A DNA stretch of 64,000 nt from Spirochaetes bacterium ADurb.Bin218. GTDB taxonomy: Bacteria > Spirochaetota > UBA4802 > UBA5550. Below, in pieces: positions 49,185 to 58,599 of the stretch. The notes beneath the pieces are model-generated. The model was not told where the DNA came from. It searched no databases and was given only the letters and a program-made list of their open reading frames with translations. The stretch covers positions 873 to 64,872 of the forward strand of contig MWCI01000007.1 of NCBI GenBank assembly GCA_002069965.1, read 5' to 3'. The translations under genes were made by a program, and so were the position numbers. Within the stretch, counting starts at the first letter, position 1. Every line of letters begins with the position of its first letter.

Positions 49185-49802
49185 CTACATTATCCTCCCA
49201 TGAATCTTAAGTAGTTTTAGAAAATCATCTTTTATCTCTCTGTGAATTTCATTAATATCTCTATTCCCATCAATAACCAGAAATCTCTCATCGATCAACT
49301 TAAGATAGTTATCCCTGACCTTTGTTAAAAAATCAATTTTCTCAAAAAGCTCAATATTACCATTTCTCCTCAGTTGAATTCTATCCATTGCCTCTTGAGG
49401 CAAGATATCAATAAAATAGACTCTATGAGGTAAAGGAAATCCTTCATCTATATTCATTTTTATTATATCTATAGCATCAAACTCCACTCCTCCCTGATAT
49501 GCTGCGTTGGAATAAAAATAGCGATCCATAATAATGACATCCCCTCTTGTTAAAGCAGGCTTAATGTTGAGTTCAACGTCATCATGCCTATCCTTTATGA
49601 AGAGATCAATTTGTTGTAAAACAGGTGGCAGAGTATTTGATTTTAGAATCTCCCTTATTTTTTTCCCAAAAAATCCTTCTGTGGGTTCATGTAAAAGCAG
49701 AGAATTGATTCCATGGTTCAATGTAAATTCATATAACATTCTGCTCTGAGTAGATTTGCCAGAGCCATCAATGCCTTCAAAAACACAAAAGATTCCATTC
49801 AT
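49185..49802 (-). CDS. tmk: Thymidylate kinase
   Basis: FEGIDGSGKSTQ is the P-loop, and DRYFYSNAAYQ is present. Confidence 0.9.
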   Translation of the reverse strand: MNGIFCVFEGIDGSGKSTQSRMLYEFTLNHGINSLLLHEPTEGFFGKKIREILKSNTLPPVLQQIDLFIKDRHDDVELNIKPALTRGDVIIMDRYFYSNAAYQGGVEFDAIDIIKMNIDEGFPLPHRVYFIDILPQEAMDRIQLRRNGNIELFEKIDFLTKVRDNYLKLIDERFLVIDGNRDINEIHREIKDDFLKLLKIHGRIM

Positions 49803-49863
49803 AGAATAACCTGAAGAGATAATTTATTTTTTAAAAGTAAGTTGCCTTTTATGTTAAATCTTA

Positions 49864-50832
49864 TTAACTGAAATTCTTAAATTTCATTGAAGCCTTTTTC
49901 AATCTATCCATTATAGCAAGACCAAGACCCTTTTCTGGAAGTCTTTGAGCATAAATTCTTTTTATGTCGAGAGAATCAAGAAAATGCAAGGCTAAAAATA
50001 AATTTGCAGCTGCCTCTCTAAGATCTCCATCAGCAGAAAGAATAAAGCTTCTATCTAAGGGAATATTAAAGGAAGGTTTTGTAAAGAATAAAAATCCAGC
50101 ATTATTATCATCAACAGGAATTTTATCCACAAGGACAACTGGCTTTTGTGGTGAATAGTGATAATCCAGTTGACCTGGAGCCTCAACTTTTAAATGTTGT
50201 TGCATTTCCACAACTTCAAGACTAAGGCAATCCTCAATAGCCTCTTTGGGGATTCCTCCTGGCCGCAATAATTTTATAGAATCCTCCTCGATTTTCACTA
50301 TGGTGGACTCAATTCCAACCAGACACTGCCCTCCGTCTAAAATAAAATCAACAGCATTACCCAATTGCTCAAAGACATGTCTTGCAGTTGTAGGGCTCAG
50401 GGAGCTAAACTTATTGGCACTTGGTGCTGCAACAACTGTGGAGCTCTCCCTTATAAGAGAAAGAGCGGTTTCATGTGAAGGCATTCTCACAGCAACAGTT
50501 TCTAAACCTGAGGTTACTATATCTGGAATATTTTCTCTCTTTTTTAAAATCACAGTTAAAGGACCTGGCCAGAATCTTTCTATAAGAAACTCAGTTCTTC
50601 TGTCCGGGCTTTGGGCGACTTTTAAAATATCAGCTTTATTTGCTATATGAACAATCAGAGGATCAAAATAGGGTCTTTCCTTTGCCTCAAAAATTTTAGC
50701 CACAGCCTCAGGATTTGTAGCATCAGCCCCAAGTCCATAAACAGTTTCAGTTGGAAAAGCAACCAGGCCTCCCTTTTTTATTACCTCTGCTGCTTTCTTA
50801 ATGTTTTCTTCACTGTCTTTTAATATAATCAT
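49864..50832 (-). CDS. L-threonylcarbamoyladenylate synthase (Sua5/YwlC type, YrdC domain plus Sua5 C-domain)
   Basis: VAFPTETVYGLGADA, SAPSANKF and LLRPGGI are present. I moved the start to ATG 50832. Confidence 0.85.
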   Translation of the reverse strand: MIILKDSEENIKKAAEVIKKGGLVAFPTETVYGLGADATNPEAVAKIFEAKERPYFDPLIVHIANKADILKVAQSPDRRTEFLIERFWPGPLTVILKKRENIPDIVTSGLETVAVRMPSHETALSLIRESSTVVAAPSANKFSSLSPTTARHVFEQLGNAVDFILDGGQCLVGIESTIVKIEEDSIKLLRPGGIPKEAIEDCLSLEVVEMQQHLKVEAPGQLDYHYSPQKPVVLVDKIPVDDNNAGFLFFTKPSFNIPLDRSFILSADGDLREAAANLFLALHFLDSLDIKRIYAQRLPEKGLGLAIMDRLKKASMKFKNFS

Positions 50833-50961
50833 GGCTAAATACCTTTGACAATATCCTTTGTTTTGCCTCAATAGAGTCAACAAAATTTTAAAGCAATTCT
50901 TTTAAAAAATATTCTTTACAAAGTAAGGAAAATAAATATTTAGCTATCATCCCTTAAATTT

Positions 50962-52008
50962 ATGGAGAAAAAAATGTCTATAAGCTATAAAGATGCAGGA
51001 GTTGACGTTCATGCTGGAAACCTTTTTGTAAAGAAAATAGCTCCCTTTGTGCGTTCCACTTTTACAGAAAAGGTCCTCACTGATATAGGAGGCTTTGGAG
51101 CTTTATATGATGGCTCATTTAAGGAGATGGAAGAGCCTGTGCTTGTTTCTGGAACAGATGGAGTGGGAACAAAACTCAAAATCGCCCAGATGATGAACAA
51201 GCATGATACAATAGGAATTGATGCTGTTGCTATGTGTGTCAATGATATAATTGTAAATGGAGCAAAACCGCTTTTCTTCCTTGATTATATCTCCTGCGGA
51301 AAATTAGATATAGACAAAATGACGGATATAGTTAAAGGAATTGCAGAAGGGTGCAGGCAGGCTAAATGCTCACTTGTTGGGGGAGAAACAGCAGAGCACC
51401 CTGGCATAATGAAAGAAGATGATTACGATATAGCAGGATTTGCTGTAGGAGTTGTTGACAAAAAGAAAATCATAGACGGCAGAAATATTTCCCATGGTGA
51501 TATAATCATAGGACTGCCTTCCAGCGGAATTCACTCAAATGGATTTTCCCTTGTGAGAAAGCTTCTTCTGGAAAAAAAGGGATATGCCCTTACTCAAAAA
51601 TTTTCAGATCTAAGTGAGAACTTAGGAGAAACTCTCCTTAAGCCAACTGTTATATATGTAGATCAAATATTTCACCTCCTCAGCAATGGAATAGATATAA
51701 AAGGCCTTGTCCACATAACAGGGGGAGGCTTTTATGAGAATATACCAAGAATACTGCCAGATACAACCTCTGTCAAAATTGACAAGAATTCCTATCCCCT
51801 ACTACCTATTTTTAAGATTATTCAAAGAGAAGGAAACATAGAAGAAAGGGAAATGTACACCACCTTCAATATGGGAATAGGCATGATGATTTTTGTTGCA
51901 AGGGATTTAGCCTCTAAAGCTATATCTCTACTTAAAGAGATCAACTGTCCTGCTTACACAATAGGAGAGGTTATTAACAGAGACTCTGAGAAAGTTATTG
52001 TAATATAA
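50962..52008 (+). CDS. purM: Phosphoribosylformylglycinamidine cyclo-ligase (AIR synthetase)
   Basis: SYKDAGVD, SGTDGVGTKLKIA and DYISCGKL are present. The alternative ATG at 50974 is equally possible. Confidence 0.9.
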   Translation: MEKKMSISYKDAGVDVHAGNLFVKKIAPFVRSTFTEKVLTDIGGFGALYDGSFKEMEEPVLVSGTDGVGTKLKIAQMMNKHDTIGIDAVAMCVNDIIVNGAKPLFFLDYISCGKLDIDKMTDIVKGIAEGCRQAKCSLVGGETAEHPGIMKEDDYDIAGFAVGVVDKKKIIDGRNISHGDIIIGLPSSGIHSNGFSLVRKLLLEKKGYALTQKFSDLSENLGETLLKPTVIYVDQIFHLLSNGIDIKGLVHITGGGFYENIPRILPDTTSVKIDKNSYPLLPIFKIIQREGNIEEREMYTTFNMGIGMMIFVARDLASKAISLLKEINCPAYTIGEVINRDSEKVIVI

Positions 52009-52074
52009 AAAATCTAAAAAACTACATAACTTCTGCCGATAACAAAATATAATCCAGATTATCCAGAGGGATAT

Positions 52075-52722
52075 ATGCGCAATATATTTTTGGCAATTAT
52101 GCTATTGTTTGTTTCTGTGATTTCGTACAGTCAAAACAATAGCACCACAGTGGACAATAACCAGAATCAGAATAATCCAAAACAGGAAGTTCCAAAGGAA
52201 AATACAGATAAATCCTCCATACCAGAGGGATATGGCAACATTTCCTGGGGCATTCTTCTTTCAGATGCCAAGGACAAAATTGCTGGCAGGCTCACCTATA
52301 CTGATGAAAAAACAGTAATTATATCAAAAGAAAGCGAGATTCAATATTACTACGGTTTCTTTTATAAAGAGCCAGAGGAAAATGAAGCAGCAGAAAATAC
52401 AGAGGCAGTGCAACAAAAAGACGAAGGAAAGCTTTTTTATGTATTGATATCATTTCCCTACATTGACAAGGATCTGATATATGAAAAGATAAAAGAAAAA
52501 TATGGCATTCACACAGGGGAAACCCTGAAGGACAATCAGGGAGCAATAGTGTGGGATTCAGAAAAAACTGTAATTATCATGTGGGTTGAGAGATACAACA
52601 AAAAACCCTATTGCAGAAAAATCACATATCTAAGCAAAGAAATTGCAAAAGAGCTGAATGAGTACACAAAGAATATGTTTATCAAAAAAGAACTGGATGT
52701 TTTAAAAAATCTAAAGCCATAA
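52075..52722 (+). CDS. Secreted protein of unknown function
   Basis: The signal peptide is LLFVSVISYS/QNN. It is followed by a low-complexity N/Q/E linker and then a globular part. Confidence 0.5.
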   Translation: MRNIFLAIMLLFVSVISYSQNNSTTVDNNQNQNNPKQEVPKENTDKSSIPEGYGNISWGILLSDAKDKIAGRLTYTDEKTVIISKESEIQYYYGFFYKEPEENEAAENTEAVQQKDEGKLFYVLISFPYIDKDLIYEKIKEKYGIHTGETLKDNQGAIVWDSEKTVIIMWVERYNKKPYCRKITYLSKEIAKELNEYTKNMFIKKELDVLKNLKP

Positions 52723-52752
52723 AAAAAGGGGGCAAAATCGCTCCCTTTTTTT
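52721..52752. terminator. Bidirectional terminator between convergent genes
   Basis: A7-GGGGGC-AAAATC-GCTCCC-T8. Confidence 0.7.
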
Positions 52753-52758
52753 ATTATA

Positions 52759-55512
52759 TTATTGATGAGTTATAAATATAGGAATTAATCCTATTCCATC
52801 ATCTAAATAATCAAGAGCCTTCCCTATTACAGAACCAATCTTATCGAAGGAATCAATAACTCCTTTCATAGCACATCCTGGCGTATCTGAAGCAACAAGG
52901 AGATCCCCTGGCTTTATGGGATTTTGTCTTGCATCAACTCTACAAAGACCCTTGCCTGCAAGAATTACAGGATAAACTTTTTCTTCTTTCCCTGAGTTAT
53001 TAATTACAACAAGAGGATTGCCAGAAACAACACCTATAACTGCTGTAGTGTAACTCTTTGAGGATCTGGAAAGTATGGACTTACCCTTGTCACTTGCAAC
53101 AAGCAGATCTCCAGTAGCAATAAACTCTGCCTCATCAGCCTCAAAAAACTCAACTATATTCCCTGGATATTCTAAGTTTAAAGAAGAAAAAGAAACATTC
53201 CCATGGAATTCACAGGAACCCTTTGCAAAAAGCGCCTTTCCCTCTCCCTTAAGTTCTATAGAAGAATCAAAAGACTTAAGCTCATTTCCATAGCCATCAG
53301 CAATAAGCGCAAAGTCATGCTCGCTGCCAAAAAGGCCTCCTGCACCAAACCTTGATATTCCAAGAACACCTGCACCTCTTTGAAAATCTCCACTGGACTG
53401 ACCTCTAACTCCAACATGAGAGCTATGTCCAACTATACCATAGGTAAGAATATAATCCTTAGATAAAACCCCTGCAATCCCTGTAATACCAACTGAATGA
53501 GACTTATCTGAAATATTATTTGCATATATTATAGATGAATCATGAGAAGGTGCTGTAATATCCTTGAAAATCTCTTCCTTTTTATCTTTTATAACTATAG
53601 TTCCAGAGTGACTGCTGAAATCATGGTTAATCGGTGCATAATCATGACTATGAGGCAAAGGTTCTCTTTTATCACTTAACCTCTCATCATCCCCCTGAAC
53701 TACTTTCCCGTGGGCTTTTTCTCCATTTTTTGCAAGGCGAACAATTCCTGAAGTTTCCTCTGTTGCATCCTTTAAGCGCCTGTCATTTCCCTGAACTACT
53801 ACTCCTTCTCTATCCTCTCCATCCTCCGCAAGCTCCACTATCCCCTTGCTCAAGGTAGTTGCATCCTTTAAGCGCCTGTCATTTCCCTGAACCACTACTC
53901 CTTCTCTGTCCTCTCCATCCTCCGCAAGCTCCACTATTCCCTTGCTCAAGGTCGTTGCATCCTTTAAGCGCCTGTCATTTCCCTGAACCACTACTCCTTC
54001 TCTATCCTCTCCATCCTCCGCAAGCTCCACTATTCCCTTGGATGATATTGTGGCATCTTTAAGCCTTCGATCTGTGGAAAGAACAACTGCTCCTTCAGTA
54101 ACAGCACCATCAGCAGCAAGAAGAACTATTCCCTTTGAATAAACACTTGCATCTTTAAGACGCCTGTCATTGCCCTGAACCACTGTTCCCTGATCTGTTC
54201 CGCCATCTGGCGCCAACTTTGTTATTCCATAGCTTTCAGTGGTAGCCTTCTGAAGCCTTGAGTCATTTCCAGAGACAACTGCATGCTCCTTATATTCTCC
54301 ATCAGGACAAAGCCTCACTATTCCAAAATTAGTCTCTGTGGCATTTTGCAACCTTGAATCATTGGATTGAACAACAGCATTGGGATTTGTTTCTCTGTTA
54401 TAGGCAAGCCTGACAATACCAGGCCTTTGCTCTGTGGCATTTTGCAACCTTGAATCATTGGACTGAACAGCCAGACCTTCTGTAGATTCACCGTCATTTG
54501 CAAATTGGACTATCCCTTTAAAAACAGTTGAGGCCTCCCGTAACCTGCTGTCTGTGGATTGGACAACCTTCCCTGGAGCAACCTCTCCATCCATTGCAAG
54601 CCTAACAATACCAGCATGAAAAACAGAGGCATGGGGAGTAATATCTCCTGCTGTATGAGTATGATAAAAATTAACAGGAGCAGCTGAGATCTCCATGTTT
54701 TTAATTTTTATTCCCTTTTTACCCTGTCTTAAACTTTTACTATAGGCCTCAAGCTTTACAAATCTTGCAGATCTAATTCCAGTGACCCAGCTATAGCTTT
54801 TATTCATCTCTGACTCAAAATTAGTCTCATGAACCAGTGTGAGCCATATCTCATTGTCCACAGATGTCTCTATGGTAAACTTCTCTGGAAATCCATCAGT
54901 GGCAGATGTAAGAACTATTCTGTTAATGGATACAGTTTTACCAAGATCAACAAGGACATATTCAGTATCTCTATCATTTGAGGATTTCACCTCCCAGCAT
55001 TTATCCCCACTTAAAAATAAATTATCTGGCGAGCATCCCTCTTCCCAACCACTGGCCTTGACCTCACTATAACCGGAGATGCCAATTTCAACTCTGCCTA
55101 TCTCTGCAAAGTAAGAGCTACCAGAGACAGCAGGCTCAAGAATGAGCACCTTAAGATAACGCATAAGTGTAAGGGGAATGTCAATATCATAGCTGTTTGC
55201 TGAAAGAGAAGTATCCCTCTCTGAATAGAGAACACTCCAGGCAGATGTATCATTGCTGTATTCAAGCCTGAATGATATTGGGAAGGTTCCTGGTCCCTTT
55301 GGTGAAGTGCTGAGCCTGATATAATCAACTGGAAGTTCCTCTCCAAGATCAATAATTACATATTCATGAATCGCTGCACTGCGTTTTTTTGTGCTCCAAA
55401 ATCCACTTTCTTTAAGTAAATTTTCTGGAGAGTTTATATCACTCTCACAGCTGGAAAAGCTATGTATTTTTCCTGTATAGTATTTTCTCTGACATATATT
55501 TATAAATTCCAT
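52759..55512 (-). CDS. Large repeat protein: two F5/8 type C (discoidin)-like domains, ten 32-aa tail-fibre-like repeats, Gly/His-rich C-terminal domain
   Basis: Residues ~1-280 show two discoidin-like units (..YVIIDLGEELPVDYIRL.. and ..YVLVDLGKTVSINRIVL..). Residues 295-614 are ten A(T/S)xxxxGIVxLAxDGExxxGxVVQxNDxRLxD repeats. The C-terminus has duplicated GDLLVASD motifs. There is no signal peptide. Confidence 0.8.
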   Translation of the reverse strand: MEFINICQRKYYTGKIHSFSSCESDINSPENLLKESGFWSTKKRSAAIHEYVIIDLGEELPVDYIRLSTSPKGPGTFPISFRLEYSNDTSAWSVLYSERDTSLSANSYDIDIPLTLMRYLKVLILEPAVSGSSYFAEIGRVEIGISGYSEVKASGWEEGCSPDNLFLSGDKCWEVKSSNDRDTEYVLVDLGKTVSINRIVLTSATDGFPEKFTIETSVDNEIWLTLVHETNFESEMNKSYSWVTGIRSARFVKLEAYSKSLRQGKKGIKIKNMEISAAPVNFYHTHTAGDITPHASVFHAGIVRLAMDGEVAPGKVVQSTDSRLREASTVFKGIVQFANDGESTEGLAVQSNDSRLQNATEQRPGIVRLAYNRETNPNAVVQSNDSRLQNATETNFGIVRLCPDGEYKEHAVVSGNDSRLQKATTESYGITKLAPDGGTDQGTVVQGNDRRLKDASVYSKGIVLLAADGAVTEGAVVLSTDRRLKDATISSKGIVELAEDGEDREGVVVQGNDRRLKDATTLSKGIVELAEDGEDREGVVVQGNDRRLKDATTLSKGIVELAEDGEDREGVVVQGNDRRLKDATEETSGIVRLAKNGEKAHGKVVQGDDERLSDKREPLPHSHDYAPINHDFSSHSGTIVIKDKKEEIFKDITAPSHDSSIIYANNISDKSHSVGITGIAGVLSKDYILTYGIVGHSSHVGVRGQSSGDFQRGAGVLGISRFGAGGLFGSEHDFALIADGYGNELKSFDSSIELKGEGKALFAKGSCEFHGNVSFSSLNLEYPGNIVEFFEADEAEFIATGDLLVASDKGKSILSRSSKSYTTAVIGVVSGNPLVVINNSGKEEKVYPVILAGKGLCRVDARQNPIKPGDLLVASDTPGCAMKGVIDSFDKIGSVIGKALDYLDDGIGLIPIFITHQ
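53671..54630 (-). repeat. Coding tandem repeat array, 10 x 96 bp (32 aa)
   Basis: The period of 96 bp is read directly from the translation of residues 295-614. Confidence 0.9.
53767..54054 (-). repeat. Three near-identical 96-bp copies (repeats 7-9)
   Basis: The units starting at 53765, 53861 and 53957 differ at about 4 positions per 96. Repeats 8 and 9 encode identical peptides. Confidence 0.9.
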
Positions 55513-55571
55513 TACAGCTCCACATTATTTTTTAAAATTTATTTTGATCTGCTACAACTTTTATTCTTATG

Positions 55572-55967
55572 TCAATTATAAAAAGAACGTATAAAGCTTA
55601 TGATTAAAATAACGCACAGCAAAAGCCTTATAACTGCATCAAACCTTATAACTCCCTTAAGCCCACCAGAGGAAAAAGTAATCTCTGCATCACTAAAAGC
55701 GGATCTTATCTTTTCAGGATATATTAAAAGCAGAGGCCCTGTTAAAGCAATAATAAGACCAATATAAAAAATAATTCTACTCATATAGCCTTTATAGATG
55801 CTCAAAACAATTCCGATAAAAATAAGAACAATCCCATGGGAAGGAAAAAATTTACTAAAAACCCATCTCTTCCATAATTCAAAAGATTTAAGAGGGAAAA
55901 AAAACTCCATGAAAAAAATCAATCCCTGAATTAAAGCAAAGGACACAACAATATAGTCAATCATCAA
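55572..55967 (-). CDS. Small integral membrane protein
   Basis: Four hydrophobic helices. It overlaps the upstream hydrolase gene by 11 nt. Confidence 0.55.
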   Translation of the reverse strand: MMIDYIVVSFALIQGLIFFMEFFFPLKSFELWKRWVFSKFFPSHGIVLIFIGIVLSIYKGYMSRIIFYIGLIIALTGPLLLIYPEKIRSAFSDAEITFSSGGLKGVIRFDAVIRLLLCVILIISFIRSFYN

Positions 55968-56709
55968 ATCTCCTCAACCATTCCCTTATGTGATTCATTA
56001 TAAAAGCTATATCCTCCTGCCGTGTAAGGTTGTGATCACCATCATCAATTACATAGCTTGCAACCTCCCCTGCAAGATTATTAAGAAGTATACTGTGATT
56101 TACAAAAGGTACAACAGAGTCAAGCTTTCCATGGAACAAAATTGCAGGCTTTGATATTGACCTTGCAGCCTTAACTAAATCAACGCTTTTTAGCTCTTTA
56201 AAAAATTTATTATTTATTTCAATTCCAGAAAGCTTACTGGATCCTTCAGGATCCAGTTTGTCCACATCATCAGGAGTCATTTCAGGTATAATCTCCAGAA
56301 GATTAACTGGAGTGGCTATGAGAATAAGGCTTTCAAAGTCATCAAACTCTGAGGCAACATAAAGGGATACAGCAGCGCCCATACTTGATCCCATGAGATG
56401 AAGCCTTTTTATCCCATGTTTTTTGAATTCATCAATTGCCGCCCTAAGATCAGCAACCTCCTGCATAAAGGATATCTCTTTTATATTGCTCTGAGACTCC
56501 CCTGCATAAGAAAAATCAAAGGTCATAAGATGATAACCACAGGAAACAATATCCTCTGTCATTCCAGTAATCTTATAGCCATCCTTTGTTGAAAAAAGGC
56601 CATGACTAAAAATCACACCTTTGTCTGATGGAATTTCAGGGGAGCAGATCCTTGAACTTAAAGGAATCCCCTTTTTATTCAAAAATGAAAAATCTTTTCT
56701 TTTCATCAC
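55957..56709 (-). CDS. Alpha/beta hydrolase
   Basis: IFSHGLFS and the nucleophile elbow HLMGSSMGAAV are present, with later Asp (GKLDSVVP) and His (DGDHNL). Confidence 0.8.
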   Translation of the reverse strand: MMKRKDFSFLNKKGIPLSSRICSPEIPSDKGVIFSHGLFSTKDGYKITGMTEDIVSCGYHLMTFDFSYAGESQSNIKEISFMQEVADLRAAIDEFKKHGIKRLHLMGSSMGAAVSLYVASEFDDFESLILIATPVNLLEIIPEMTPDDVDKLDPEGSSKLSGIEINNKFFKELKSVDLVKAARSISKPAILFHGKLDSVVPFVNHSILLNNLAGEVASYVIDDGDHNLTRQEDIAFIMNHIREWLRRFDD

Positions 56710-57176
56710 TTTCCCTTTTTCTCAAGTTTTATCAGTGGTTCAAAATATCCCTCAGAGGTATTGCCATCAATATATATTTGAAGAGGAATCAGTTCCATAT
56801 AGCTTTTGTTATGTTCTTTAATTACCTTGCAATTAAACAAAAAGTAAGAGGATTTTGCCTTTTTATAAGCACCATGAGTGTTTAGATTTTTGACCTTTTC
56901 CTCTCTTTTCATCTCAGATATATTTATCCTGAGAATTCCCTTATCCTCAAAGGTATATATGCCTCTAAAAATCACAGAGGCACTATTTAGATATAAGATA
57001 ACCTGAGCCTTATAGTTCTTACCAAAGGTAAAGGAATAGCCGTAATCATTTTCATAGTGCAAGTCCCAGTTTCCAGAAACATTCGTAAAATCTCCAGGCT
57101 GAGACTCTTGAGCAAAGGAAAAGCAATTAAGTAAAAAGACAAATATAAAAATTTCCAAAAAAGTAAGCTTTTTCAT
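56706..57176 (-). CDS. Secreted or lipoprotein of unknown function
   Basis: The signal peptide is FIFVFLLNCFSFA/QE. Its stop overlaps the hydrolase start by 4 nt. Confidence 0.55.
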   Translation of the reverse strand: MKKLTFLEIFIFVFLLNCFSFAQESQPGDFTNVSGNWDLHYENDYGYSFTFGKNYKAQVILYLNSASVIFRGIYTFEDKGILRINISEMKREEKVKNLNTHGAYKKAKSSYFLFNCKVIKEHNKSYMELIPLQIYIDGNTSEGYFEPLIKLEKKGK

Positions 57177-57256
57177 AAAAAATTTCCTGTAACAAAAGGT
57201 ATATTATCTGTCTTATATAATGTTAGTATAATTTTATGTGTCAAATATTTAATTTA

Positions 57257-57284
57257 TTGACAAAAGTTAATGCTCTTTTAAATC
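57257..57284 (+). promoter_or_regulatory. Sigma-70-type promoter of ssrA
   Basis: TTGACA, 16 nt, TAAATC, about 12 nt before the tmRNA 5' end. The architecture matches the tRNA-Ser promoter. Confidence 0.55.
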
Positions 57285-57295
57285 AAAGAAAACCA

Positions 57296-57644
57296 GGGGA
57301 CGATCTGGTTTCGACTGCAACAGTAGTTCTGTAGTTGCATGCCGAGTGCGCTGTCATCTCGTAAATAATGGCAGATTAAACATAAGTGCAAACGAAAACT
57401 ACGCTTTAGCAGCATAAAACCTGCTATGTCTTTCTGCATATTGCTCCTCTGGGTAGCAGAAAGGCATGAGCTACAGAGGATAGCCTGATACTTTGCCCCT
57501 AAGTTGAAGGCGAAAATCTAAAGGGATCGGCTTTTGAAACAGTGCCACATTCTGGTTCAAAGGCTTAAATGAAAAAGTGTGGATAAGCATGTAGACGCTG
57601 CAGGAGTATTTTGCAGGACGCGGGTTCGACTCCCGCCGTCTCCA
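57296..57644 (+). ncRNA. ssrA: tmRNA (SsrA)
   Basis: The 5' end GGGGACGATCTGGTTTCGAC pairs with the 3' end CGTCTCCA, and the T-arm is GCGGGTTCGACTCCCGC. The tag reading frame GCA AAC GAA AAC TAC GCT TTA GCA GCA TAA at 57388-57417 encodes ANENYALAA. Confidence 0.95.
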
Positions 57645-57649
57645 CAGAA

Positions 57650-58438
57650 CTATTTTATGAGAGCAAGAATCTTCCTTCCATATTCAGAAAGCATCACCTT
57701 AGAAATAGTGAGGGAGCTTTCATAATCAACAATACCAAAATTGTTCATCCAGTTAATGAGATAAAACTCAACAAAGGAAATTGCAAAGGCATCATCTCTC
57801 TCTGCAATCTCTGTCATTTCAAAAAAATCACGGATAAAATCCCCAATATCTACAGGAATAAAAAACTCACCAAGAAAGTCTATAAAGATAGAACGTGTAG
57901 AAAAAAGCCTCTCTGCCAGTTCAGGGGATGATGGAAAGATATTTTTCCATTCAGTTTCATTCCAGAAGGATTTTAATATTTTTATAAAAAGCTCTTCTCT
58001 TGAAAGAGAACAGGATATTGTAGCTATTCTTTTATTATTCTGAACAATTCCTGCACTTCTGAGTATGTGCATCATCTGCTTTAGATAAATAACCACAAGC
58101 TCTTCATCATTTTCATGAAAAAGATGAAGAATCTCCCTTGCAAGAGAAATATAAAAGTCCTCAGTAAAGGAATTATCTGCCTTTATCTTAATGTTACCAG
58201 AGGTAATCTTTTCTATTATTGCCTGAGCGAGAATAAGGGCATAACAATTCTTTATTTTCATCTCATTGTTTTCTATATAGCCATCCTGTAGGGACATATA
58301 AAATTTTGTTACAGTGGAATAGCTTGATAATATATCTAAATTACTCCCCTGTGGCTCTATTAACAAAAATTTTCGGAAAAAAAATAAATCCTCTTGTTTT
58401 TTATTTACTATAACTTTATCTAACTTTCGTGATCTCAT
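57650..58438 (-). CDS. Hypothetical protein, no recognisable motif
   Basis: A 262-aa ORF with coding-like composition. Its TAG stop lies 5 nt from the tmRNA 3' end. Confidence 0.55.
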   Translation of the reverse strand: MRSRKLDKVIVNKKQEDLFFFRKFLLIEPQGSNLDILSSYSTVTKFYMSLQDGYIENNEMKIKNCYALILAQAIIEKITSGNIKIKADNSFTEDFYISLAREILHLFHENDEELVVIYLKQMMHILRSAGIVQNNKRIATISCSLSREELFIKILKSFWNETEWKNIFPSSPELAERLFSTRSIFIDFLGEFFIPVDIGDFIRDFFEMTEIAERDDAFAISFVEFYLINWMNNFGIVDYESSLTISKVMLSEYGRKILALIK

Positions 58439-58518
58439 TATTACTTCATCTAATTTTTTTGCTCTGAGTCTACCGCATTAATAAAAAATCAAAAAAGGCA
58501 AGAAATAACAGACATCTC

Positions 58519-58547
58519 TATTTATGATAGAAATTAATTTAAGTCAA
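58519..58547 (-). promoter_or_regulatory. Sigma-70 promoter candidate for the 262-aa gene
   Basis: On the minus strand: TTGACT, 17 nt, TAAATA. Confidence 0.5.
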
Positions 58548-58599
58548 ATAATTTTTCTATACAAATATTTTTTTTGCAAAATAATATCAATGGTAATTC

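Noticed and set aside
53634-54062. Plus-strand ORFs with repetitive Pro/Leu-rich translations (..PLSACHFPEPLLLL..).
   Set aside because: They are antisense read-through of the 96-bp repeats of the large minus-strand gene. Their periodicity is inherited from the repeat and is not evidence of coding.
57611-57931. Plus-strand 106-aa ORF starting inside the tmRNA.
   Set aside because: It overlaps the tmRNA 3' domain and is antisense to a better minus-strand ORF.
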